This document shows positions 1 through 9,600 of a DNA stretch of 34,604 nt, in pieces (the first letter of the stretch is position 1; each line of letters opens with the position of its first letter). Below the pieces are notes generated by a model. The model was not told the origin of the DNA. It saw only the letters and a program-made list of their open reading frames with translations, and did no database searches. The translations under genes were made by a program, and so were the position numbers. The stretch is taken from NCBI GenBank assembly GCA_051878815.1, contig JBJEKV010000231.1, positions 1 through 34,604 on the forward strand, read 5' to 3'. The stretch is from Anaerotardibacter sp. (GTDB taxonomy: Bacteria; Actinomycetota; Coriobacteriia; Coriobacteriales; Eggerthellaceae).

Positions 1-888
1 CTTGCCCTAAACGTTGTTTCTCTTACGTGCGAAATGATGCTTTTTGGCGCATCGTTTGGCTCAATTTCTGACAACCTTATTTTGGCCGCTGCTCAAATTG
101 CGTTGTCTTCCTACTTGAATCCTTCTTTAGCTCGTGAGCAGATGCTCAAGCGAGAGTTGAGGAAGTTGGACAACCAAACTCATTATCGTTTAGGAACGCT
201 TGGTTTGGCTGACCCTGGTAAGGGATTCATTCGTCTTGACTTCTTTAATGTCTTTTGGACCTTCATTGTTGCAAGTTTCCTTGGTCTTTTGGTAGAGATT
301 GCCTTCCATATGATTGTGGTTGATCCGGGTGTTTATCAGGATCGTGCGGGCATTCTTTTCGGTCCGTTTAGTCCTATTTACGGCGTGGGCGCTGTTCTCA
401 TGACCATTGCGCTCAATCGCATTAAAGAATGCAACTTGGTTATCATTTTTGTGGTGTGCACCATTATTGGTGGTAGTTTCGAGTTTTTCGTAAGTTGGTT
501 TATGGAAACTGCGTTCGGTGCCGTTGCGTGGGATTATCATGGCGAATTCTTGGGTGACTTACTTGGTGGTAGAACCTGCCTGAAGTTTGCATCTATGTTC
601 GGCATCTTGGGTTGCGTATGGATCAAGATTTTCTTACCAGCCTTGTTGAAACTCATCAACAAGATTCCGCTCGGTTTGCGTTACGGCGGCACTATCCTCT
701 GTGCTGCTTTAATGTTGGTTAACGCTTTGATGACCTTCCAGGCATTGGATAACTGGAGCGAACGTCTTGCAGGCAATGAGCCATCTACTCCAGTGGAGAA
801 GTTCTATGCGGAGACCTTCGACGATGAGTTCATGGCGAAGAGATTTGAGTCTATGACTATTAATCCAGAGAATTCTGTCCGCGCGTAA
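1..888 (+). CDS. Membrane protein of the putative ABC-transporter permease family (DUF1113/CmpB-like), probably 5'-truncated by the window
   Basis: Frame is open from base 1 to the ATG at 34. Several hydrophobic segments and family-typical motifs: F..ASFLGLLVE, RAGILFGPFSPIYGVGA, E..FG..AWDY, GGRTCL. Confidence 0.75.
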   Translation, partial: LALNVVSLTCEMMLFGASFGSISDNLILAAAQIALSSYLNPSLAREQMLKRELRKLDNQTHYRLGTLGLADPGKGFIRLDFFNVFWTFIVASFLGLLVEIAFHMIVVDPGVYQDRAGILFGPFSPIYGVGAVLMTIALNRIKECNLVIIFVVCTIIGGSFEFFVSWFMETAFGAVAWDYHGEFLGDLLGGRTCLKFASMFGILGCVWIKIFLPALLKLINKIPLGLRYGGTILCAALMLVNALMTFQALDNWSERLAGNEPSTPVEKFYAETFDDEFMAKRFESMTINPENSVRA

Positions 889-1023
889 GGGACACCTTTC
901 GCTTTCGCGCATGAGTGTGTAGCGTGCAGGGCGTCTACGTGCTTGCTTAAGCTCTCTATTCCAAACGTCAATCATGCAAAGAGAGCCTCTTTTGCCACTT
1001 ATCAAAAACCTCTGCAAAGTCTT

Positions 1024-1536
1024 CTATAACGCTTTCTTTAGGGCAGTTTCAATACGGCTAAAGTGAAGGAATTCGCCCGACTGATTAATCTCTTCAATCT
1101 CTTCCCATGTTGCCATCTTGCAATCGATAGCTTCTTCTTTGCGAAGAACTACTTCATCAAGAGAGAAATCGAAAACGAACAGATAGATATCATTGAAGTA
1201 GTTGTCGCCACTTTCAGGAGCTGTGTTTTGATAGCTGTAAATAACGGAGCCTTCCTTGTTGGAAATGTCTAGACCAACTTCTTCTTTTACTTCGCGAACA
1301 ACTGCTTGCAAAGAGGTTTCTCCTGCCAGCGCACCACCGCCTGATACTTCCCACCAGCCAGCAGCCCATTTCTTGTCTAATGCACGACGGGTAATGAGGA
1401 ATTTTCCTTCGGTATTTTGGAGCAGTGCAGTAACGTAGAGCTGGTACTGATCTTCGTTAAGCTTTTGATTCTTTCTATCAATTTGTTCGCCCGTTTTATT
1501 TCGATGCTTGTCGTAGACATCAATATATTCGGTCAT
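1024..1536 (-). CDS. Nudix hydrolase
   Basis: Nudix box GGALAGETSLQAVVREVKEEVGL; AAGGAG RBS upstream of the ATG. Confidence 0.9.
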   Translation of the reverse strand: MTEYIDVYDKHRNKTGEQIDRKNQKLNEDQYQLYVTALLQNTEGKFLITRRALDKKWAAGWWEVSGGGALAGETSLQAVVREVKEEVGLDISNKEGSVIYSYQNTAPESGDNYFNDIYLFVFDFSLDEVVLRKEEAIDCKMATWEEIEEINQSGEFLHFSRIETALKKAL

Positions 1537-1614
1537 TGAGTTACTCCTTTGATACCCGGTAGGTGCACGGAGTTCATTGTACTGTATTGGTCAATGGGGG
1601 AGGGCTTTAGGTTG

Positions 1615-1665
1615 GGTCGCAATTTTGAGGTGGTCGCACTTTTGAGGTGGTTACGATTTTGAGAT
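1615..1665. repeat. Three tandem 17-bp degenerate repeats
   Basis: GGTCGCAATTTTGAGGT / GGTCGCACTTTTGAGGT / GGTTACGATTTTGAGAT, in the divergent intergenic region. Confidence 0.85.
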
Positions 1666-1762
1666 GGCAGACTCTTTCATTTACCCAAGATCTTTCTTGA
1701 GCTTAAGTATGAAAATCGTGTTTAGATTCGCCGAATAGATTATGTTGATTAGCTTGCGAAAC

Positions 1763-1809
1763 TTGAATTGATTTTATACGGGGCATATAGTTTAGACCCT
1801 AAACCATAT
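1763..1809 (+). promoter_or_regulatory. Sigma-70-type promoter of the ABC operon with an overlapping inverted repeat (candidate repressor operator)
   Basis: TTGAAT (1763-1768), 17-bp spacer, TATAGT (1786-1791). Inverted repeat ATATAGTTTAG-ACC-CTAAACCATAT (1785-1809, one mismatch) covers the -10 box. Confidence 0.6.
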
Positions 1810-1875
1810 CAGCGTATATCTTTGAATTCGTCGCGTTTCCAACGCGTTTTTGTTTGTTTGGATGAGGAGTAGCAG

Positions 1876-4122
1876 TTGAGACTTTTTCGGTACTTATTAC
1901 AGCATAAAATAGCGCTTGCGCTCGTGTTTTGTTTGCTCGTTGTTCAAGTAGTTGCCGATCTCTCACTTCCAAACTTTACTGCCGATATCGTAAATGTGGG
2001 CATTCAGCAGGGTGGCATCGAAGAGGTTTCTACTACAAAGTTGTCCCAGGATACGTACGACACCATTGATCAGACCCTCCAAGGCGAAGATAAAGAACTT
2101 TTCTGTGAAAGCTATTCTTATGACCAGCAGGAAGGCTGCTATGTTCTAACTCAGACGGGGCTTAATCACAGAGATCAGCTTAGCGAAGCTATGACGTTGG
2201 GCATGATTCTTGCTAACACCGATCCCGAAGTTCTTGCGCAGTTTGCATCAAGTGAAGAACTTTCCTCTTCGCCAAACGAAAACATTCTTGAGCAGCAGGG
2301 ATTAGTAGCTGCTCAGAAGGAATATGAGAAGCTCGGCCAGGACACTACTGCTATCCAAATGGATTATTTGGTACGAACCGGTTTGCTTATGCTTGGCCTG
2401 GCATGCGTGTCGATGTTGGTAAGCATTTTGATTGGCTTTATTGCGTCCAGAACGGGCACCAAAATTGGGCGAAAGCTGCGCGAGCAATTCTTTACGCAGG
2501 TTGTTTCATTCTCCGATGCGGAAATCAACTCGTTTAGTGCGGCTTCTTTGATTACGCGCGGAACAAACGACATCCAGCTTATCCAAATGGTATGTATTAT
2601 GCTCCAGCGCATGGTTTTGTATGCGCCAATCATGGCAGTTGGCGGAATCATAATGGTTGCTCAGCGCACCATGTCCATGTGGTGGGTTGTTGGCTTGGCG
2701 GTTCTTGCCGTGTTTGCGGTCATCATTGTGTTGATGGCGTTTACTATGCCGAAGTTCAAAATCATGCAGAGCTTGATTGATAAGGTTAACTTAGTTGCGC
2801 GCGAACAGCTTACGGGCATTTCTGTTGTTCGTGCGTTTGGTAGAGAAACGTATGAGGAGAATCGTTTCGAAAAAGCGAATACTCACTTGATGAAAACGCA
2901 GTTGTTTACCAACCGTGCTATGTCTTTGATGATGCCAGCAATGATGCTCGTCATGAATGCGGTCAGCGTATTGATTGTGTGGGTAGGCGCTGATTTCGTT
3001 GATCAGGGTGCAATCCAAACAGGTGATCTTATTGCACTCATTACGTATTCCATGCTCATTGTTATGAGCTTCCTCATGATTGGTATGGTTGCCGTATTCT
3101 TGCCTCGCGCAAGTGTTGCAGCTGGTCGTATTGACGAAGTTATCGCAACTAAGCCAAGCATTGTGGATTCTGAGAATGCACATAGTGGACGCTCTGCCTC
3201 TACGGGTGTTTCTATCGAATTCGATCATGTAAGTTTTTCATACGACCAGAGCTCGGATATGGTTCTCGAAGACATCACATTCACGGCCGAAGCAGGAAAA
3301 ACTACCGCTATTGTGGGCCCAACTGGTTCAGGCAAGTCCACCATCATCAAACTCATCGAGCGTTTCTACGATGTAAGTAAGGGCGCCATTTTGGTTAACG
3401 GTGTGGATCTTCGTCAGATTCCTCTTAAAGAATTGCGAGACCTTTTTGGTTACGTGCCTCAGAAGGCATTCCTCTTTACGGGCACAATCGACTCAAACGT
3501 GTCATACGCGGGCGCGGTAACGGACGAGCAAAAGAATCGTGCGCTTGCAATTGCGCAGGCAAAAGAGTTTGTTGACGAAAAGGAAGAGGGAATCAACTCG
3601 CCTATTAGTCAGGGCGGCACCAACGTTTCGGGTGGCCAGCGTCAGCGTTTGGCTATTGCGCGTGCGTTGGCGAGTGACGCTCAAGGCTTCCTTTTTGATG
3701 ACTCGTTTAGTGCGCTCGATTATAAAACTGATGCGCGTTTGCGCACCGATCTTGCCCAAAACATGAAGGGCAAAACGGTGTTTATCGTAGCTCAGCGTAT
3801 TGCCACCATTATGAATGCAGACCATATTGTGGTAATTGATGAAGGGCGCGTGGTGGGCCAGGGAACCCATCGCCAGTTGTTAGAGTCTTGCCAGACGTAT
3901 AGAGAAATTGCGCTCTCACAGCTTTCAGAAGAGGAGTTGTTTGGCGCCTCGATGACTGACGAACGCGCGGTGGACGAACGAACGGCGGACCAACGCGCGG
4001 CAGACCAACGCACAGCGGACGGTCATTTGATCAACGAGCATTTTTTGGAAAGTGATCCTGTAGGTGAAGAGGCGTATGCTGCCACTCCAGAAGCACTTCC
4101 TTCGAAAGGAGGTGAGTGCTAA
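1876..4122 (+). CDS. ABC exporter half-transporter (TMD+NBD), degenerate-site subunit of a heterodimer
   Basis: TTG start after GAGGAG. Walker A GPTGSGKST, signature VSGGQRQ, Walker B FLFDDSFSALD (D replaces the catalytic E), switch IVAQR (Q replaces H), as in TM287/EfrA-type subunits. Confidence 0.93.
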   Translation: MRLFRYLLQHKIALALVFCLLVVQVVADLSLPNFTADIVNVGIQQGGIEEVSTTKLSQDTYDTIDQTLQGEDKELFCESYSYDQQEGCYVLTQTGLNHRDQLSEAMTLGMILANTDPEVLAQFASSEELSSSPNENILEQQGLVAAQKEYEKLGQDTTAIQMDYLVRTGLLMLGLACVSMLVSILIGFIASRTGTKIGRKLREQFFTQVVSFSDAEINSFSAASLITRGTNDIQLIQMVCIMLQRMVLYAPIMAVGGIIMVAQRTMSMWWVVGLAVLAVFAVIIVLMAFTMPKFKIMQSLIDKVNLVAREQLTGISVVRAFGRETYEENRFEKANTHLMKTQLFTNRAMSLMMPAMMLVMNAVSVLIVWVGADFVDQGAIQTGDLIALITYSMLIVMSFLMIGMVAVFLPRASVAAGRIDEVIATKPSIVDSENAHSGRSASTGVSIEFDHVSFSYDQSSDMVLEDITFTAEAGKTTAIVGPTGSGKSTIIKLIERFYDVSKGAILVNGVDLRQIPLKELRDLFGYVPQKAFLFTGTIDSNVSYAGAVTDEQKNRALAIAQAKEFVDEKEEGINSPISQGGTNVSGGQRQRLAIARALASDAQGFLFDDSFSALDYKTDARLRTDLAQNMKGKTVFIVAQRIATIMNADHIVVIDEGRVVGQGTHRQLLESCQTYREIALSQLSEEELFGASMTDERAVDERTADQRAADQRTADGHLINEHFLESDPVGEEAYAATPEALPSKGGEC
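3958..4020 (+). repeat. Four 15-bp in-frame tandem repeats (DERAV-DERTA-DQRAA-DQRTA) in the C-terminal tail of the ABC protein
   Basis: GACGAACGCGCGGTG / GACGAACGAACGGCG / GACCAACGCGCGGCA / GACCAACGCACAGCG. Confidence 0.85.
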
Positions 4123-5987
4123 TGGCGCACGGAATGCCAGGACCAGGCCCTAAACGAGGACCACACGGACCAAGACCTCATGGACCAGGAGGACCTCACG
4201 GATTTGCTGGGGGAGAAAAAGCAAAAGACTTCAAGGGAACCATGCTTAAACTGCTCAAGTACCTGGGCGTTTTCAAAGTGTCCCTTGTGTTTGTGGTGAT
4301 TTTTGCAATTGGCTCAACGCTGTTTAATATCATTGGCCCAAAGGTTTTGTCGGAAGCAACTACTGAGCTTTTCAACGGTATTGTGGCGAAAATTAATGGA
4401 ACGGGAGGCATTAATTATGATGCCATTGGTTTCATTTTGCTCTGTGCGCTTGGTTTGTACTTACTCTCAAGCCTCTGTTCTTTCGTGCAGTCGTGGCTTG
4501 TTTCCAATGTTTCGCAGCGTACGTGTTATCGTATGCGTCAGGACATTGCGGAGAAAATCAATCGAATGCCATACGGCTACTTCGAAAAGAGCACCATTGG
4601 CGATACTTTATCACGCATCACTAATGACGTTGACACCTTCGGCCAAAGCCTCAACCAAGGTTTAGTAACGCTTATTACCTCGGTCACTACGCTTATTGGC
4701 GTTTTGATCATGATGCTCTCAATCAATGTGCCAATGACCATCATTGCGCTTCTTACGATTCCGCTTGCACTCATTTTGACGAAGGTGGTAGTAAGTCATT
4801 CGCAAAAATACTTTAAACAGCAGCAAAGCACCTTGGGTGAAATTAATACTATTGTCGAAGAGACGTTCAGTGGTCATGCGTTGGTAAGGGCTTACAACCA
4901 AGAAGATGCCGTAATCGAAAAGTTTGTTGAGACAAACAACAAGCTTTACAACGTTGGCTGGCGTGCTCAGTTCTTGAGTGGCTTGATGCAGCCAGTGATG
5001 GCGTTTGTAGGAAATCTTGGCTATGTGGCGGTGGCAATTTCGGGTGCCTTCTTTGCAACGCAGGGAATCATTACGGTTGGTGATATCCAGGCATTTATTC
5101 AGTACGTGAAGAATTTCACGCAGCCACTAACCCAGCTTGCTCAGGTAGCAAATACCTTCCAGCAGATGGCAGCTGCTATTGAGCGCATCTTTGAATTCTT
5201 GGATGAGCCAGAAGAGTCTAAAGAAATTGAAAAGGTAGACGCAAGTCTCATCAATGGAGAGGTTCTCTTTAAGGATGTTTCGTTTGGCTATGAAGAGGAT
5301 AAGGTCATCATCCACAACTTCAATGCACACGTCGAAAAAGGCCAGACCGTAGCCTTGGTAGGTCCTACTGGAGCAGGAAAGACCACCATTGTTAAGTTGC
5401 TCATGCGTTTTTATGACGTGAACAGTGGCTCAATTATGCTTGGTGGGGAAGACATTCGAAACTTTACGCGTGGCCAAGTGCGAGATTCGTTCTGTATGGT
5501 TTTACAGGATACCTGGTTGTTCAAGGGAACTATTCGCGAAAATATTCGCTATGGCAGACTTGATGCAACGGATGAAGAAATTGAGCAGGCAGCAAAAGAT
5601 GCGTTCGCTCATCACTTTATTACAACTTTGCCAGGAGGCTACGACTTCTGCATCAATGAGGATGCAAGTAATATCAGTCAGGGCCAGCGTCAGTTGCTCA
5701 CTATTGCGCGTGCAATTTTGGCAAACCATTCGATGATGATTTTGGACGAAGCAACCAGTTCGGTTGATACGCTTACTGAAGAGCGTATCCAGCGTGCACT
5801 TGATAGGCTTATGGAGAATAAGACCAGCTTTGTTATTGCTCACCGATTAAGTACTGTCCGAAATGCCGATTTGATTCTTGTTATCAAAGATGGTGATATT
5901 GTTGAGCAAGGAAACCATCAAGAGCTTCTGAGCAAAAATGGCTTTTATGCTGAGCTCTATAATTCTCAGTTTGATAATTGTAGCTAG
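4122..5987 (+). CDS. ABC exporter half-transporter (TMD+NBD), consensus-site subunit of the heterodimer
   Basis: ATG at 4122 overlaps the upstream TAA (TAATG) behind GGAGGTGA. Walker A GPTGAGKTT, signature ISQGQRQ, Walker B ILDEATSSVD, switch IAHR, as in TM288/EfrB-type subunits. Confidence 0.93.
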   Translation: MAHGMPGPGPKRGPHGPRPHGPGGPHGFAGGEKAKDFKGTMLKLLKYLGVFKVSLVFVVIFAIGSTLFNIIGPKVLSEATTELFNGIVAKINGTGGINYDAIGFILLCALGLYLLSSLCSFVQSWLVSNVSQRTCYRMRQDIAEKINRMPYGYFEKSTIGDTLSRITNDVDTFGQSLNQGLVTLITSVTTLIGVLIMMLSINVPMTIIALLTIPLALILTKVVVSHSQKYFKQQQSTLGEINTIVEETFSGHALVRAYNQEDAVIEKFVETNNKLYNVGWRAQFLSGLMQPVMAFVGNLGYVAVAISGAFFATQGIITVGDIQAFIQYVKNFTQPLTQLAQVANTFQQMAAAIERIFEFLDEPEESKEIEKVDASLINGEVLFKDVSFGYEEDKVIIHNFNAHVEKGQTVALVGPTGAGKTTIVKLLMRFYDVNSGSIMLGGEDIRNFTRGQVRDSFCMVLQDTWLFKGTIRENIRYGRLDATDEEIEQAAKDAFAHHFITTLPGGYDFCINEDASNISQGQRQLLTIARAILANHSMMILDEATSSVDTLTEERIQRALDRLMENKTSFVIAHRLSTVRNADLILVIKDGDIVEQGNHQELLSKNGFYAELYNSQFDNCS

Positions 5988-6050
5988 CGTTCGGTAAGGA
6001 CCATCAAAGTCCGCAAAGTAATTTACGCCACGGAGTAGTTTCGGCATGGG

Positions 6051-6190
6051 CCTAATTACGCAGAGGTGCCGTTGTGGTAAGAGGCACAATTGCGTAGAGG
6101 TACAGGCATGACAAGACGCGCTTAATTGTGCGGAGATGCTGGTATGGCACGCCGCGTATGGTTGCGCAGAGGAACGGCTACGGTAAAAGC
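6051..6190. repeat. About four degenerate tandem repeats with a 34-36 bp period
   Basis: Core AATTACGCAGAGG (6054) / AATTGCGTAGAGG (6088) / AATTGTGCGGAGA (6124) / GGTTGCGCAGAGG (6160). Confidence 0.6.
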
Positions 6191-6210
6191 CAAACAAGAA
6201 AGGATCCCGT

Positions 6211-6477
6211 ATGATTTTGATGACCTATCTTCGCGAGACTCAAGGTCGTGAAACGGCCGAAGTTGCGGCATGCGCAAACCTTCCTCAAAACATCATGTCT
6301 TTTGCCGAGCATAGAGGCCAAATCTTAACCGACGCTCAAACGGAAGCTATCGCAAAAGCGCTTGGGTATGAAGGCAATCCTGCAGATTTGTATCAGGAAG
6401 TTGAAGAAGAAAAAGCAGCTGCGCTCAACGTAGAACCATGGGTTCCAACCGCTCGCGGCAAACTTGACTCAGAATAA
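6211..6477 (+). CDS. Small protein with a degenerate XRE/Cro-C1-like helix-turn-helix
   Basis: GAAAGGA RBS. Pattern LRETQG..AEVAACANL.Q..MS..E......AIAKALG parallels the HTH_XRE layout. Confidence 0.6.
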   Translation: MILMTYLRETQGRETAEVAACANLPQNIMSFAEHRGQILTDAQTEAIAKALGYEGNPADLYQEVEEEKAAALNVEPWVPTARGKLDSE

Positions 6478-6623
6478 TAAAAATAGCCAGGCTTTTTCAA
6501 TTCTGTAACGCGCAATCTAGAGATAAATAGCTAGAATAAAACCAAATTTTTTCTCACTCACTTTTTAACCACACGATATTAGCGAGTTTTCGCAGGTTAT
6601 AGCGTCTTTTATGGGAAGAGACC

Positions 6624-9600
6624 ATGGACACATTAAGTTTATACATAGGGCTTTCTGCTATAGCACTGCTTGTTGATGTCGTTTTATTCGTTGTTGCAAT
6701 CAGGAAAAAGGATTATAAGGGCAAAGCGCTGGCCTGCCTGTTGTTTGCGGCTGTTTGCGTTGCGCTTTTCTACCTCTTAAGTATTCTGGCGCCTGATTAC
6801 CTCAGCATGTCGTTCTTCAGTAGTTTCTACTTTATCTCGGTAGACTTTGTGGCGGCATCGCTTCTGGTATTCTGTTGTATCTTCATGGATACCATTAATA
6901 AGAAATGGAATAAAGTGTTCCTGGTGCTGGCGTGCGCCTACATGATTTTCGATATCTGCCTGCTTTTGATTAATCCTGTTATGGAGATATCCGTAACCTA
7001 CGCCTATAGCGAAACGGCATTTACTCACTGGCGTTATGTTCCGCTCTTTCCTTTCGAAGTTCATTTGGCCCTGTGCTACTGCTTTGTAGGCATGACCCTG
7101 CTTAACTATTTCTACAAGATTCTGACTACGCCACGCGTTTATCGTGCGCGTTATACCATCGTTATTGCAGGCACGATTGCGGTTGTTGCTATGAATGCAA
7201 TCTTCCTCTATCTTCCGGAAAAAGGTTTGCCGGACTTCTCGGTGCTCTTCTATTCCGTGGTAGGTGTGTTGTTTTATGGCAGCACGTATCGTATGGGTAA
7301 TCGAGGCATGCTTACTCATACACGCCAAATGATTATCGAAGAACTGGGCCATCCCGTTGTTTTGTTTGACTATGAGAACCTCTACTCAACCAGCAACAAG
7401 AGTGCCGATATCCTGCTTCCTCGCGAAGGCGTTGATCAATCTTACACTTTGCGAAAGTTCTTGATTCGCAATGATTTTGATCCTGATTACGAAACTGCCA
7501 CCCTTGACTCGTCCTTCCAGTGGCGTGTGGTTCAAAAAGGCTTCGTACTAAGCTACCGTTGTGACTTCCGTGTTCTCAGAGATAAAAAGAACAACATTAT
7601 TGGTCGTCTTTTCGTTTTCACTGATAACGCTTTAGAAGTTGATTTGCTCACGGGTTTTAATACGCAGGCTTCGTTCGAAAAGAAAATCTGGCAGAATGCA
7701 CGCTCGTTTAGCTATCCCGTTGCCGTAGGCATTGTTGATATCAATAAACTCTCAGAGCTGAATTCTCAGTTCGGCAGAGAAGTGGGCGACTCCGCAATTC
7801 ATTCTCTGGTAGGCGTTTTGAGAAACCATTTTTCGGGTGCATGGGCGTTTGTAAGGCTTGAAGATGCTGAGCTAATGGTGGTCTGTGAAAACATGACCTC
7901 TAAGCATATGCATGAACTCTTAAAAGAAGTTGAAAAGGACATTGCGCAGTTTGATTACGGCACCGGTCCTCTGTCTATCCAAAGCGCGGTAAGCGTTGTT
8001 TCTCTTACGGAACGCAATGTTTTGAAAGCAGTAAGTGATGCGTCCTCTAGTTTGAGAGACCGCAAACTGCTGGATCCTAACTCGGCACACTATTCCTTGC
8101 TTAATTCTTTTGTTCAGACCCAGCGTGAAAGTGATGGTGAAACAGAGGCCCACGTTCAAAGAACGCGCAATATGGGCGAATGCTTGGGCAAGCGTTTGGG
8201 ATTGACTGACAAAGAGTTGAGCTCGCTTGCACTTCTTTGCTTGCTCCACGATATTGGCAAAGTTGGCGTGCCGTTGGAGATTCTTAACAAGCCAGGAAAG
8301 CTTAATGATATCGAATGGGAAATCATGAAATCTCATGCAGAAAAGGGATGCCGTATTGCAAAAGCTTCCCCTGAGTTGAGCGACATTGCTGACTTGATTT
8401 TGCATCACCACGAGATGTGGGATGGCTCGGGCTATCCTGATGGAATTAAGGGCGAATTGATTCCGGTTCCTTCTCGCATCATTGCTATTGTTGATACGTA
8501 TGACGCTATGGTTCATGACAGACCGTATCGTCGTGCGGTAAGCCCTAAGGCAGCAAAAGAAGAATTGCGTAGGTGTGCGGGTACCCAGTTTGACCCATAC
8601 ATTGTGCAAGAATTCCTCCAAATGCTTGAGGAAAACCCAGAGCTTGATGTGGCCGAAAAAGAGGAAATCGAAGCAGCTGTTCCTGCAGAAGAAATTGTTG
8701 TTACTCCTCGTAGCGTTGATGATTCAAACACTGATTTTGACCGCATTGACCGCGTCGTGCCGGTTCATTTCGCTAAATTCATTATTGGTGATGAAGATAA
8801 GATTATCGATATCGACGAAGGCTTTACTGATCTTTTGGGATACGAAGCAGAGGACCTTGAGAAGTATAATCTCTCCCTGCTTGATATCATTCCTCCTGAT
8901 GATCAGGATAGCTATAAAAAGATTACTTCTGAGCGAATAGCTACCCAAGGCATGGCTTATTTGGAGCATCGTGTTCGAAGGAAAGATGGTTCGGTCTTCT
9001 ATGTAATGTGCTATGGCAGGCAGTACTTTAATTCAGTGCATCGTTGTGTTGAGGCTGAAATTGTTATTGCTGACATTAGCGAGTCTTCCATTCTTCACAG
9101 AGCAATTGAACGTCAGCGTCTTTCTTACGAACGTAGTAATACGGTATTTGAAGAGGCTGTTCGTCGTGACAAGCTGGTAGGCGTCTTAAATCGTGAAGCC
9201 TTCCGTTCTGACGTTCAAGACCGCATGTTGAAAAATGACAGCACCGTTGTAATGGTTATGGTTGACCTGGACTTCTTCAAGGAGTACAACGACCGCTTCG
9301 GTCATCCTCAAGGAGACGCGTTGCTGATTCAGGTGGGTAAGTTCCTGAATAAGATTGTGGGTCATAGAGGCATTGTTTCTCGCTTGGGTGGCGATGAGTA
9401 CGCTATTGCCTTCTTCTTCGACAAGAATGCCAATAAGGAAGACGTCCGCAAAGAGATTCAAGTCTTCTATCAGATTGCTAACGAAGAAATGCGAGATATT
9501 GACGACAACGTAACGTTGTCCGTAGGTGCTTGCATTGCCGAAGAGGGAGACGATTCCTTCTCGTCTCTCTATAGAAACACGGACAAAGCGTTGTATGAGG

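Noticed and set aside
889-1023. c-di-GMP riboswitch or other ncRNA in intergenic regions
   Set aside because: No GEMM-type GCAAA..GAAA..GACGCAAAGC pattern and no tRNA cloverleaf recognised here or in the other intergenic regions.
6062-6150. AGAGGTGC motif resembling the start of a lysine riboswitch
   Set aside because: The AGUA/GAA loop-E motif and later elements are missing, the motif is part of a tandem repeat, and the downstream gene is unrelated to lysine.
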